From contig DASCNA010000168.1 of NCBI GenBank assembly GCA_036011305.1, positions 617 through 64,616 on the forward strand: a stretch of DNA of 64,000 bases, written 5' to 3'. Positions 49,161-58,723 of the stretch are shown one piece after another (the first letter of the stretch is position 1; every line of letters begins with the position of its first letter). Made by a program: the position numbers and the translations under genes. The DNA is from Victivallales bacterium. GTDB lineage: Bacteria; Verrucomicrobiota; Lentisphaeria; Victivallales; GWF2-38-69. The notes beneath the pieces were generated by a model. The model was given only the letters and a program-made list of their open reading frames with translations, did no database searches and had not been told where the DNA came from.

Positions 49161-49205
49161 AATTTTTCTTTCTTAGTATTTATAGGATAATAAGTAAGTT
49201 GTTTT

Positions 49206-49290
49206 ATGGTAATTAAACATAAAATATCACAGGTTACTGACATCCCTCTTTTTGGGCCAACTTACAGGCATCTAATTAATCTTTATATTT
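49206..49290 (+). pseudogene. Short decayed fragment homologous to an internal part of the CehA-like gene 47053-47943
   Basis: SQVTDIPLFGPTYRHLIN (49227-49280) compares with SQVTDVRLVGPSYRHVIN (residues ~250-270 of the full gene). Confidence 0.55.
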
Positions 49291-49310
49291 TTTGATACAT
49301 TATTAGATTA

Positions 49311-50582
49311 TTACTTATTTTTGTTGCTGCAAGGTGAACTGAAAATATTTAATCCCGGTATTTTTAAAAATGATTTATTCTTTCTTATTATGCCAGGTTC
49401 TTTTACTTTCATTGTTACTGCAGTAGCAAATGCTATTAGGTAAAATCCTATAATCATAGGAATAACCCACTCTGCATTGCCTGAATCAAGAATATGTCCA
49501 TAAATATCTGACATAAGAAATTGTGGAAGTGCTACTGCAAAGTTCAGTAATCCCATATACCAGCCTAATTTATTTGGTGGGGCAACAAGTGCTAGAGTAC
49601 TATACATACATATATTACCGGCTAGAAAAAATATTCCATACATAAATATCCAGGAATAAAGAATCCAGACCGAAGCTCCGGTATGTAGAAATGTGACTAA
49701 GAATATATTACATGCGACTAGACCAAGTGTTGCAAAGATAAAAATATTTTTTTTACTGAAACGGTCTATATATTTAAAAGCAGATATTCCAAATATTAAA
49801 CCTGCTGTAGTGCTGAAGATAGCAAATCTTCCAACTACATGTTCGGTGAAATGATAAGTTTTTACAAACAGAGATGTTCCCATCTGAGAAATTCCTGTAT
49901 TTGCTGCAAAAAACAGAAATGTAATAAAGAATAGTTTAAGCACTTCTTTATTGTAAAGGAATTCAAAAGAAAAAGGTTGCTTTACTCTTTTTGTATAGTT
50001 TTCAGGACGCTCTTTTACTACAGTAGGTACTATTAAAAGTGTTGATATAATCATTATTATGGCCATTGCAGCAAAAGTAATTTCAGGGTGCTTATTGTTC
50101 CATATGTATCCTGCAAGAATACCCATAATTAAAGCACCTATTGTAGATGTAGTTCTGGCTATTGTATTAGCCTGACCGATTTGATCTTTATCAACTACTT
50201 CCATAACCATTGTATAATAGGAACATTGAGCAATATTGATTAAAATACAAGTCGCGCCTACCATTATAAAATAAGCAATAAAATTAGTTGCCAAAGGCCA
50301 TAGAGCTATACTGATTCCGCCAAAAACCATTCCGTAAACAAGCCACGGAGAGCGTTTTCCCCATTTATGACGTGTTTTATCGCTTAGAATACCAATAATA
50401 ATCTGAGTAACAACTCCGACAACAGCTGCAAACATATAAATTTTTGCAATATCTTCTGCTGAGTTAGTAAAATGATAACCGAAAAAAGCAACAACATTCC
50501 CTAATGCTGCCCACATAATGCCGATACCGATATCTGGAATACCAATTAAAAGAGGATTCCATTTTCTAACATTGTATTTCAT
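49311..50582 (-). CDS. MFS/GPH-family glycoside transporter
   Basis: 423 aa, 12 TM, with an early D/R-containing loop (LSDKTRHKWGKRSPW) typical of GPH carriers. It lies downstream of the GH1 gene on the same strand. Confidence 0.75.
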   Translation of the reverse strand: MKYNVRKWNPLLIGIPDIGIGIMWAALGNVVAFFGYHFTNSAEDIAKIYMFAAVVGVVTQIIIGILSDKTRHKWGKRSPWLVYGMVFGGISIALWPLATNFIAYFIMVGATCILINIAQCSYYTMVMEVVDKDQIGQANTIARTTSTIGALIMGILAGYIWNNKHPEITFAAMAIIMIISTLLIVPTVVKERPENYTKRVKQPFSFEFLYNKEVLKLFFITFLFFAANTGISQMGTSLFVKTYHFTEHVVGRFAIFSTTAGLIFGISAFKYIDRFSKKNIFIFATLGLVACNIFLVTFLHTGASVWILYSWIFMYGIFFLAGNICMYSTLALVAPPNKLGWYMGLLNFAVALPQFLMSDIYGHILDSGNAEWVIPMIIGFYLIAFATAVTMKVKEPGIIRKNKSFLKIPGLNIFSSPCSNKNK

Positions 50583-50638
50583 CGTATACTTCTCCCCATC
50601 ATTTATAAATATAATTTACAGCTCATTATGTATATTTT

Positions 50639-51991
50639 TTATAAAGAAAGCTGTTTATTAGTCTTTATTAATTCCCTATAGAATTCACCGCTCATTTTGA
50701 GTTTGCGTTCAAATGTACTGTAGTTTACTCTGGTAATGCCAAATCTTTTCGAATATCCATAAGCCCATTCAAAATTATCCATTAAAGACCACACAAAGTA
50801 ACCTCTTATATCGCATCCTTCTTTTATCGCTTTATTAATCATTTCAAGGTGAGTTCTAATATATTCAACTCTACTAATATCAATTACTTCTCCATTTGCC
50901 TCTTCTACATCGGCGGCAGCCATACCGTTTTCAGTTATAAATACAGGAATATTATTAAATTCTTCTTTTGAAAATTTTAAAGCATAGTATAAAGCTTTTG
51001 GAGTTATAGGCCATTGCATATCTGTCTTTGGATAATCTTCTGAAAAGTTCAAAATTTCATATCCGTTACTGCTTTCACTGGCTCTGACAGGGAGTCCTGT
51101 ATAGTAATTATAGCCAATAAAATCACAAGGTTCAGATATTATTTTCATTTCATCTTCTGTATAATGTGGAGCATCATCACCAAGTAATTTAAGATATTCA
51201 TTACTGTATGCACCTTTCATAATAGGAAATAGAATAGATTGATTAAGATCTTTCCAGGCTTTTTTTGCTGCATGAATATTTTTTTCTGTATCAATTACAG
51301 GCCATGTTGTATCTAAGTTTTCTACAATCCCTATATTTGGTTTTACATTTGCATTTTCTCTAATTACTTTTACAGCAAGTCCATGTCCGAGAAGGGCATT
51401 ATGTATAGTTTGATTGACAATTTGTTCCGGTTCAATTTGTCCAGGTGCATGTCTCCCTTCTCTATGCGCTAAAGTGGTAAAACATTTTATTTCATTTATT
51501 GTGATCCAGTTACTGACTCTGTTAGAAAATTTATCAACAATAATTTTAGCGTATTCTGAGAAATATTTTGATACTTCTTTACTTCTCCAGCCACCGTAAA
51601 TATCTTCCAGTTTTTGAGGAAGATCCCAGTGAAAGAGTGTTATATATGGTTCTATTCCTTTAACTAATAGATTGTCTAAAAGTCTGTCATAGAAATCTAA
51701 GCCTTTTTCGTTTATTTTTCCTTTTCCGTCTGGAAGAATTCTGGGCCATGAAACTGAAAATCTATAAGCATCAAGACCCAAATTCTTCATGAGATCTATA
51801 TCTTCGGAATATCTGTTGTAATGATCACAGGCTTTAGCTCCGTTATCGTTATTGATAACTTTCCCGGGTAATGAAGAAAACCTGTCCCATGTACACTCCC
51901 CTCTGCCATCTGTTTTATTTGCCCCTTCAATCTGGTAACTCGCCGTTGCTGCTCCCCAAATGAAATCTTTTGGTAAAATCAAATTTTTCAT
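50639..51991 (-). CDS. Glycoside hydrolase family 1 beta-glucosidase
   Basis: N-terminal FIWGAATASYQIEG. Acid/base motif TINE. Nucleophile motif ITENG. Confidence 0.9.
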   Translation of the reverse strand: MKNLILPKDFIWGAATASYQIEGANKTDGRGECTWDRFSSLPGKVINNDNGAKACDHYNRYSEDIDLMKNLGLDAYRFSVSWPRILPDGKGKINEKGLDFYDRLLDNLLVKGIEPYITLFHWDLPQKLEDIYGGWRSKEVSKYFSEYAKIIVDKFSNRVSNWITINEIKCFTTLAHREGRHAPGQIEPEQIVNQTIHNALLGHGLAVKVIRENANVKPNIGIVENLDTTWPVIDTEKNIHAAKKAWKDLNQSILFPIMKGAYSNEYLKLLGDDAPHYTEDEMKIISEPCDFIGYNYYTGLPVRASESSNGYEILNFSEDYPKTDMQWPITPKALYYALKFSKEEFNNIPVFITENGMAAADVEEANGEVIDISRVEYIRTHLEMINKAIKEGCDIRGYFVWSLMDNFEWAYGYSKRFGITRVNYSTFERKLKMSGEFYRELIKTNKQLSL

Positions 51992-52015
51992 ATTATTGGT
52001 CCCCTATTTTTGTTT

Positions 52016-52033
52016 TAGTAAAACGTTTTACTA
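52016..52033. promoter_or_regulatory. Candidate LacI-family operator (perfect 18-bp palindrome)
   Basis: TAGTAAAACGTTTTACTA is centred on CG. It lies 25 nt upstream of the GH1 start, in the divergent region shared with the LacI-family gene. A half-matching site, AGTAAAACGATTTAGA, sits at 52107-52122. Confidence 0.55.
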
Positions 52034-52130
52034 AAATACTTAAAGGTTTGACAAATACAACTTGATAAAATATTTATTTTAAATATATTTTATATATAAG
52101 TAATAAAGTAAAACGATTTAGAGGTGTTGT

Positions 52131-53129
52131 TTGAATATTAAAGATATTGCAAGGCTTTCCGGTGTTTCTATAACAACTGTTTCTTTCATTTTGAATGGAA
52201 AGCACCATAAGGTCAGTGAGAAAACAAAAAATAAAGTTTTGAAAGTGATAAAAGAATGCGGTTATGAAGCCAGAGGAGCGGCAAGAGATTTAAAGCGTAA
52301 GAATTCAAGAACCATAGGTGTATTCTTTGATTTTATCTCTGGGCCTTATATATCATTGATTTCCGGAATGCAGCAGGTTATCAGAAGTAAAAGCTATGAT
52401 TTTTTCATTGCCGATAATTATAATTCAAGTTCCAGAGGAGCACTATCTCGCTTTCTTTTAGAAAAACGTGTAGATGGAGCTGCTATATTTTCGATAGATA
52501 CAGAAGATGAAAAAATAGATGAATTGTCAGCGTTAAACATGCCTATTGTTATGCTTGACAGGGAGGTGTACAGGAAAAATATTTGTTCTATTCTTATAGA
52601 TAATAAACCAGGAATGATAGAAGCTATTGAGTTTCTGAAAGAAAACGGTTTAAGAAAAGTGAGTTTTTTATCTGGGAAAAAGAAACATTATGATAATATT
52701 GAGAGATTGTCAGCATTCAGGTATAGTATAAACAAATATGATATGATTTTTAATGAAAAGTGGCTTTTCGAAGGAAATTTTCATGAGGAATCAGGATATT
52801 CAGCTGCTTTAAAACTTTTTGAAATGAAAGACAGGCCTGATGCTGTAATCTGTTCAAATGATCAGATGGCTGTAGGACTTATGCAGTGGCTTAAAGATTC
52901 AGGGCTAAAAATTCCTGAGGATATATCAATAATAGGCTTTGATGATATTCCCTTCGCAAAATATACTTCACCTAGGCTAACAACGGTTAAAAATCAAAGT
53001 TACAGTATGGGGAAATTGGTTGCTGATACAATTTTCAGAGGGATTGATGGAGAGAATATTGAAGGTATAATAAAACTTCCTTCACGTTTGATAATACGCG
53101 AATCAGCTAGGTTTCAGAAAAAATGTTAG
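52131..53129 (+). CDS. LacI-family transcriptional regulator
   Basis: HTH MNIKDIARLSGVSITTVSFILNG plus a PBP-like effector domain. TTG start with AGAGG 6 nt upstream. Confidence 0.9.
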   Translation: MNIKDIARLSGVSITTVSFILNGKHHKVSEKTKNKVLKVIKECGYEARGAARDLKRKNSRTIGVFFDFISGPYISLISGMQQVIRSKSYDFFIADNYNSSSRGALSRFLLEKRVDGAAIFSIDTEDEKIDELSALNMPIVMLDREVYRKNICSILIDNKPGMIEAIEFLKENGLRKVSFLSGKKKHYDNIERLSAFRYSINKYDMIFNEKWLFEGNFHEESGYSAALKLFEMKDRPDAVICSNDQMAVGLMQWLKDSGLKIPEDISIIGFDDIPFAKYTSPRLTTVKNQSYSMGKLVADTIFRGIDGENIEGIIKLPSRLIIRESARFQKKC

Positions 53130-53156
53130 GCTGAAGTCTTATAAAATATTATTCAT

Positions 53157-53212
53157 AATTATTAATGGCTAAAGATTCTTAAATAACAATTAATCATTAA
53201 CCATTTATAATT
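53157..53212. terminator. AT-rich hairpin made of two inverted TTAATGGNTAA motif copies, between convergent genes
   Basis: AATTATTAATGGCTAAAGATT (53157-53177) pairs with AATTAATCATTAACCATTTATAATT (53188-53212), with about 18 of 21 positions complementary. Confidence 0.5.
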
Positions 53213-53220
53213 TGAAAACT

Positions 53221-54450
53221 CTATTCAATAGTTCTTTTTCTTAAGAAGTTTGCAAATGGTAGAATGAATATAATCAGGAATATCATTGGTATTACAGTTG
53301 TAAGCTTGAATCCTAAAATACCTCCAAAGTGTCCCATTAAATCTCCTATAAGCCTTGCGCTTATGCTTGATGAAATGGCGTAAGTAATGGTCATTACCGT
53401 CATAAGCAGAGCCTGTTTTTCCTTTACTGTTCTATTAAGAACAGCAGAGTTGAGAATAGGAGTATTCGGTGCCATGAAAAATCCGATTAATGGTAAAATC
53501 AAAGCCTGTATAGGAATATCCCACAGGGTATTTATAGGATGATTCGGAGCATGTATTGTGTATAATACATAAATAAGTATGGTTATTGCTATCAGATAAT
53601 ATATAAACAGGACCTTATCCCATCTCATATATTTCAATAAAAAGACAACAGCAACACGGCCGATAAAATAAGCAAAAACAGTTATGCTGGCAAGTTCTAC
53701 ACTTAAGCTTTGAGACAAGTGTATAGCCATCTGATAAAACCCTGCCATCCAGGCTAGAAAACCGTTTTCTACGAACTGATCAACAAAAAAGATTATGATT
53801 GCAAATAAAACTATTTTACTTTTACATATATTTATAATATCCTTTATCTGTTCCTTAAACGGCTGTTGTTTTTCTTTTTCTATTGCAGATTCATCCATAG
53901 GTGTAAACATCCATATGAGAAAGTTTATTATACCGAAAACAGTATAAACCCATAATGCATACATCCAGTGATCCGGTGCAATTTTAATGAAAAAGGCTAT
54001 TATCCACATACCGACCATAGATGACAGCATCCAGGTTGCTTCTGCCAGAGATAAAAATGAAGCATGCTGTGATTCATTTTCAGTAACAAGCGATACCGTA
54101 GCGTAAATTCCTACTTTCATTCCGACAAGTGTTATACCTACTCCGACTAAATACACTTTTATCATCCAATATGTATCTATAAAAGGTGTAATAAAGCTTA
54201 AAAAAACCATTAAAGCTATGACTGTCATCAGCGCTTTTCTATATCCTACTTTAAGGATATACGAAAATGCTATAAAAGTAATTACTACCAGTGTTAAATT
54301 CTGATAAGATTCCAATGTGCCCGCAGATGCAGGAGAGACATGAAAAAATGCAACTGCCTGCATGATGAATGTAGCTAAAACACTGCCGAACAGACTCAGT
54401 GTCCAGCATGTAAAAAGAAGAGTTATACGTAACCTTGTTTTTTGTTTCAC
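53221..54450 (-). CDS. MFS transporter (FucP/GluP-like sugar:H+ symporter type)
   Basis: 409 aa, 12 TM. It is divergent from the GH38-like gene. The subfamily call is tentative. Confidence 0.7.
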   Translation of the reverse strand: MKQKTRLRITLLFTCWTLSLFGSVLATFIMQAVAFFHVSPASAGTLESYQNLTLVVITFIAFSYILKVGYRKALMTVIALMVFLSFITPFIDTYWMIKVYLVGVGITLVGMKVGIYATVSLVTENESQHASFLSLAEATWMLSSMVGMWIIAFFIKIAPDHWMYALWVYTVFGIINFLIWMFTPMDESAIEKEKQQPFKEQIKDIINICKSKIVLFAIIIFFVDQFVENGFLAWMAGFYQMAIHLSQSLSVELASITVFAYFIGRVAVVFLLKYMRWDKVLFIYYLIAITILIYVLYTIHAPNHPINTLWDIPIQALILPLIGFFMAPNTPILNSAVLNRTVKEKQALLMTVMTITYAISSSISARLIGDLMGHFGGILGFKLTTVIPMIFLIIFILPFANFLRKRTIE

Positions 54451-54670
54451 TAAATATATCCCCTATATTTAATCTTTTTTAAATAATATTTTTTGATTTT
54501 TTATATAATGTTGTAATTTTCTTTAGATGATATTTGTCCAGTTTTTGTAGTAATCACAAAATATTGTCAGTGTTTTATGAAAACATTGTTTAAACATATG
54601 AACAAAATGTTATATTTCAACATAAACTGGAAAAAATATTAAATTATTATGTCATTTATAAGGGGGACTT

Positions 54671-56698
54671 ATGAGTAATGTTTTGTCAAGAAATAATATA
54701 AAAGACTTGCATGTTGTTTTTAAAACACATCTGGATATTGGTTTCACTGATTTTGCTTATAAAGTGAAAGAGCAGTATATGCAGGATTTTATTCCCAGAG
54801 CTATTAAGCTGTCAAAGGAAATAAAGGAAAAACGACCTGATCTCTCTTTTGTATGGACTACTGGTTCATAGTTGATATATGAAGCACTGGATACTTATCA
54901 AGGAAAACAGTTAAAAGAGTTTGAACAAGCTGTTGCTGAAGGTAAAATTGCCTGGCATGGATTGCCGTTTACTATGCATAGCGAACTTATGGATGAATCT
55001 TTATTTCGCTTTGGTTTGTCGTATAGTAAGAAACTTGATGAACGTTTTGGGAAGAAAACTATTGCTGCAAAAATGACTGATGTCCCAGGGCATACACGCG
55101 CTATTGTTCCTCTATTAGCTGAAGCAGGGATAAAATTTCTTCATATTGGTTTGAATCCAGGTTCTACGGCTCCAGATGTACCAAAGGCTTTTATCTGGAG
55201 ACATAGTGACGGTAGTGAAGTTACAGTTTTATATGATTCTAAGGAGTATGGAGAATTATCGATTCTACCCGAATATTCATTTGGGTTAGCTCTTGCCAGC
55301 ACAGAAGACAATATCGGCCCACCAGATCTTAATTCTGTAATAACTGCTATTGATAAATATCAGACTATGCTTCCGAATACTAATATTCATATAAGCACCC
55401 TAGATGATTTTGGGAGAAAATTATATAAGGTAAAAGAATCCCTTCCTGTTTTTAAAAGTGAAATTGGAGATACATGGATACACGGCATTGCAAGTGATCC
55501 GCTGAGAACCTCTAAATTTTTAACAATGCAGCGCTTGAGGAAGGAATTTCTTAAGAAAATAACTACACCCAGTGAAGAATATGAACTAAATGCGTTTAGC
55601 CGCAGTCTTATTATGATTCCGGAACATACATGGGGCGTGGATGTGAAAACCTATATGAAGGATCATATAAACTATTCTAGCAATAATTTAGAAAAAATTA
55701 AAAATACAGATGGATATAAAAAACTAGAGTTATCATGGCAGGAACAGAGAAATTTTATTGATCATGCTGTATGTCTGCTTGGAACTGGTAATTTTAGAAA
55801 AAAAGCTGAGTTTGAAATGAATAAGATTACTGCCAAATATCCCACAACAGATAATTTTTATGAAGTTAAAGATAAAGACCGCATTTTTAATACTCCATGG
55901 TTATCAATAGGGTTTGACAGTAATACTGGAGAAATATCTCATCTGCATGATACTAATTCCAATAAAACATGGGCAACAGAAAAATTCCCTTTGGCTGGTT
56001 TCATATATGAAACATTTACAGCAGAAGATTATGATCGCTTTGGTTATCAATACCTTCGCAATTGGCCTAACTCAGTCGAATGGGTACCTGAGGATTTTAC
56101 TAAACCTGGAATAGAAAAACTTAATATTAAGCATGAAACAGTTAAACCTATGCTAAACTCACTTTGGCATAGGGTGGATACTTCAGGATATACTTATTTT
56201 ATCCTAATTATGGATATGCCTAAATCTGTGGTGCTCAAGTATGGAGCTCCGGGAAAGTTAACACTGGAAATACATGTTTATTCTGATGAGCAGGTAGTAG
56301 ATATTGATTTACAATGGTTTAATAAACAAGTATGCAGGCTTCCTGAAGCTTCATGGTTATCATTCTCTCCTAAAATTCTAACAGCGTCAAATTGGTCAAT
56401 CAAAAAAATGGGTTCATGGTTCTCGCCTAATGAAGTAGTAAAAAATGGAAATCGAAAACTTCATGCTTCCGAATCTGTTAAATATGATGATGGAGATAAC
56501 TGTTTAACTATTGATCCATATGACAGTCCATTAGTTGCTCCTGGAGAAAGATCTCTTCTTGATTTTAATAATAAGAGACCTCCAATGAAGAACGGAGTAC
56601 ATTTTAATCTCCATAATAATATTTGGGGTACTAATTTTAGAATGTGGTATGGAGAAGATACAAGATTTAGATTTAGACTTAAGCTGGATAATAAATAA
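54671..56698 (+). pseudogene. GH38 N-domain-like (DUF5054-type) glycoside hydrolase interrupted by one in-frame TAG
   Basis: Track ORFs 54671-54871 and 54872-56698 share one frame: VWTTGS*LIYEALD, with TAG at 54869-54871. Motifs HVVFKTHLDIGFTDF and MTDVPGHT are present. Confidence 0.7.
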
Positions 56699-56809
56699 TA
56701 ATGTCATTCTAGAGATAATTGTTATTTAATTTTTAAAATTTATAAACTTGTTTTAAGGCTGGATTAATGTATTTTAAAATTGATATTTATATGGAAAAGA
56801 GGGGCTCAA

Positions 56810-57895
56810 ATGTTAAACAATATGTTTAAGAAAATATATGGATGTTTAATTGGTGCAGCAATCGGTGATGCCATGGGGGGTCCTGTGGAAATGCTTGACC
56901 ATGACCAAATTTCTAGAGAATATGGTAAGGTGCAAGATTTGCTGTATTATGATAATGTTGATCCCAATCCTCATGGGCCTTGGAAAAAAGATGCAGGTTC
57001 AATTACTGATGACACAAGGTTAAGAAATCTAATAATAAACGCTGTTGTTAACTCAGAGTATAATATATCTGAATATGATGTCGATAAAGAAATAATTAAC
57101 TTCTACCATAATTCTGAAAATGAACTGCAGAAGGACTGGATAGAGGAATATTATTATAAGGCAATTTACAAAGCCAGTAAATTGGCTTTCGGCGGACAAC
57201 CTACAAATGCAGGAGTTATGTCGCTGCAGCCAATTGGTATTCTATATTTATGCGATCCAGATACTGCTTTCAGCAAGGCTTTTAATCTTTTCAACTACAC
57301 AGACAGTTATTCAAGATATTCAGGTGCTTTTTCTGCAGCCTTGACTTCAGCAGGTTTTATCCCGGGTGTTACTGCAAAAGAAACAGTACTGCTGTCTTTG
57401 GATGCTATGAAAAAATATAAACTATCAGTTGAAGGACCTAGGTGGACAAATGTAGATTTATATCAGCATGTAGCTATGGAAAATGAGCAACTTATATTCA
57501 GGGCAATTGAGATTGCTGAAAAATATAACGATGTTGATTCTGAAAGTTTTAAGAAAGAGATATATGATAAATTACTGCAGAAATATAAATACGATGGCTC
57601 TGAAACAATAGCATTAAGTGTTGCAGCTTTGATAGCAGCTAAAGGTGATTTTAAAATCTCTGTGCAGGGAGCGGTTAATTTAGGAAGAGATAATGACAGT
57701 AGCGCAACTCTGGTAGGAGCGGTGACAGGAGCTATGTCAGGAGCAGATATAATTCCTAAAACATGGAAAGATGTTATTATAAAAGCAAATAAGAATGAAG
57801 TCTGCATTAAAGAACAGGCTGAAAATCTATATAGAATTATACAGAAACAGATTAAAAATCAGGAAATTATTAACAATAGAATAAGTAACATATGA
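56810..57895 (+). CDS. ADP-ribosylglycohydrolase-family protein
   Basis: GAAIGDAMGGPVE near the N-terminus and GRDNDSSATLVGAVTGA near the C-terminus. ATG 56810 follows AGAGGGG. Confidence 0.8.
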   Translation: MLNNMFKKIYGCLIGAAIGDAMGGPVEMLDHDQISREYGKVQDLLYYDNVDPNPHGPWKKDAGSITDDTRLRNLIINAVVNSEYNISEYDVDKEIINFYHNSENELQKDWIEEYYYKAIYKASKLAFGGQPTNAGVMSLQPIGILYLCDPDTAFSKAFNLFNYTDSYSRYSGAFSAALTSAGFIPGVTAKETVLLSLDAMKKYKLSVEGPRWTNVDLYQHVAMENEQLIFRAIEIAEKYNDVDSESFKKEIYDKLLQKYKYDGSETIALSVAALIAAKGDFKISVQGAVNLGRDNDSSATLVGAVTGAMSGADIIPKTWKDVIIKANKNEVCIKEQAENLYRIIQKQIKNQEIINNRISNI

Positions 57896-57904
57896 GGCTT
57901 TAGT

Positions 57905-58639
57905 ATGGATACAAAAGTTTATAACACCGCTGTAGATTTAGGTGTGGCTGCTGCAGAGCAGGGGGCTAAAATTATAAAATCCTGTATTGCTGTAAACGGA
58001 AGAGCAAATATTATTTTGGCTACAGGGGCTAGTCAGTTTGAAATGATGAAACATCTTGTAACGATAAAAGGAATTGACTGGAGCAAAGTAACTGCTTTTC
58101 ACCTGGATGAGTATATTGGCCTTCACGAAGTGCATCCGGCAAGTTTTAGAAAATATTTAAAAGAAAGATTTCTCGAGAAAGTCGAACTAGTAAATGCTTT
58201 CCATTTTGTTAATGGTACAGCCGATGATATAGAAGAGGAATGTATGAGATTGGAAAGATTAATTTCTGAGCATCCTATCGATGTGGCTTTTGTGGGTATT
58301 GGTGAAAACGGTCATTTAGCTTTTAATGATCCTCCAGCAGATTTTGAAACAGATCGTGCTTATCTAGCTGTTGATTTAGATAAAGCTTGCAGAGAACAGC
58401 AGATGGGTGAAGGCTGGTTTAAAAGTTTGGATGATGTACCGACACAGGCTATTTCAATGGGAATTAAACAAATTATGAAAAGTAAGAATATAATTGTTTC
58501 TGTTCCTGATGAACGAAAAGCTGAAGCTGTTAAAAATACTTTGAATAAAGAGATAATCAATATGTTTCCTGCTTCTATTTTAAGAAAACATCCAAATTGT
58601 TATTTATATCTTGATAAAGGTTCAGCTTCATTATTATAA
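57905..58639 (+). CDS. nagB: Glucosamine-6-phosphate deaminase / isomerase family
   Basis: [19 protein letters not shown] and [18 protein letters not shown]. Confidence 0.85.
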   Translation: MDTKVYNTAVDLGVAAAEQGAKIIKSCIAVNGRANIILATGASQFEMMKHLVTIKGIDWSKVTAFHLDEYIGLHEVHPASFRKYLKERFLEKVELVNAFHFVNGTADDIEEECMRLERLISEHPIDVAFVGIGENGHLAFNDPPADFETDRAYLAVDLDKACREQQMGEGWFKSLDDVPTQAISMGIKQIMKSKNIIVSVPDERKAEAVKNTLNKEIINMFPASILRKHPNCYLYLDKGSASLL

Positions 58640-58723
58640 ATATGGCAATGGGTTTTAAGCATTAAGTTTTTCTTCTTAAAAACTAATACTTACAGCTTAA
58701 AACTCAATCTCAAAGGTTTTTAT

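Noticed and set aside
56810-57895. The ADP-ribosylglycohydrolase as a DarG-like antitoxin or defence component.
   Set aside because: There is no adjacent ADP-ribosyltransferase or toxin gene. The gene is embedded in a sugar-catabolic operon and belongs to the ARH (DraG-like) fold, not the macrodomain family.
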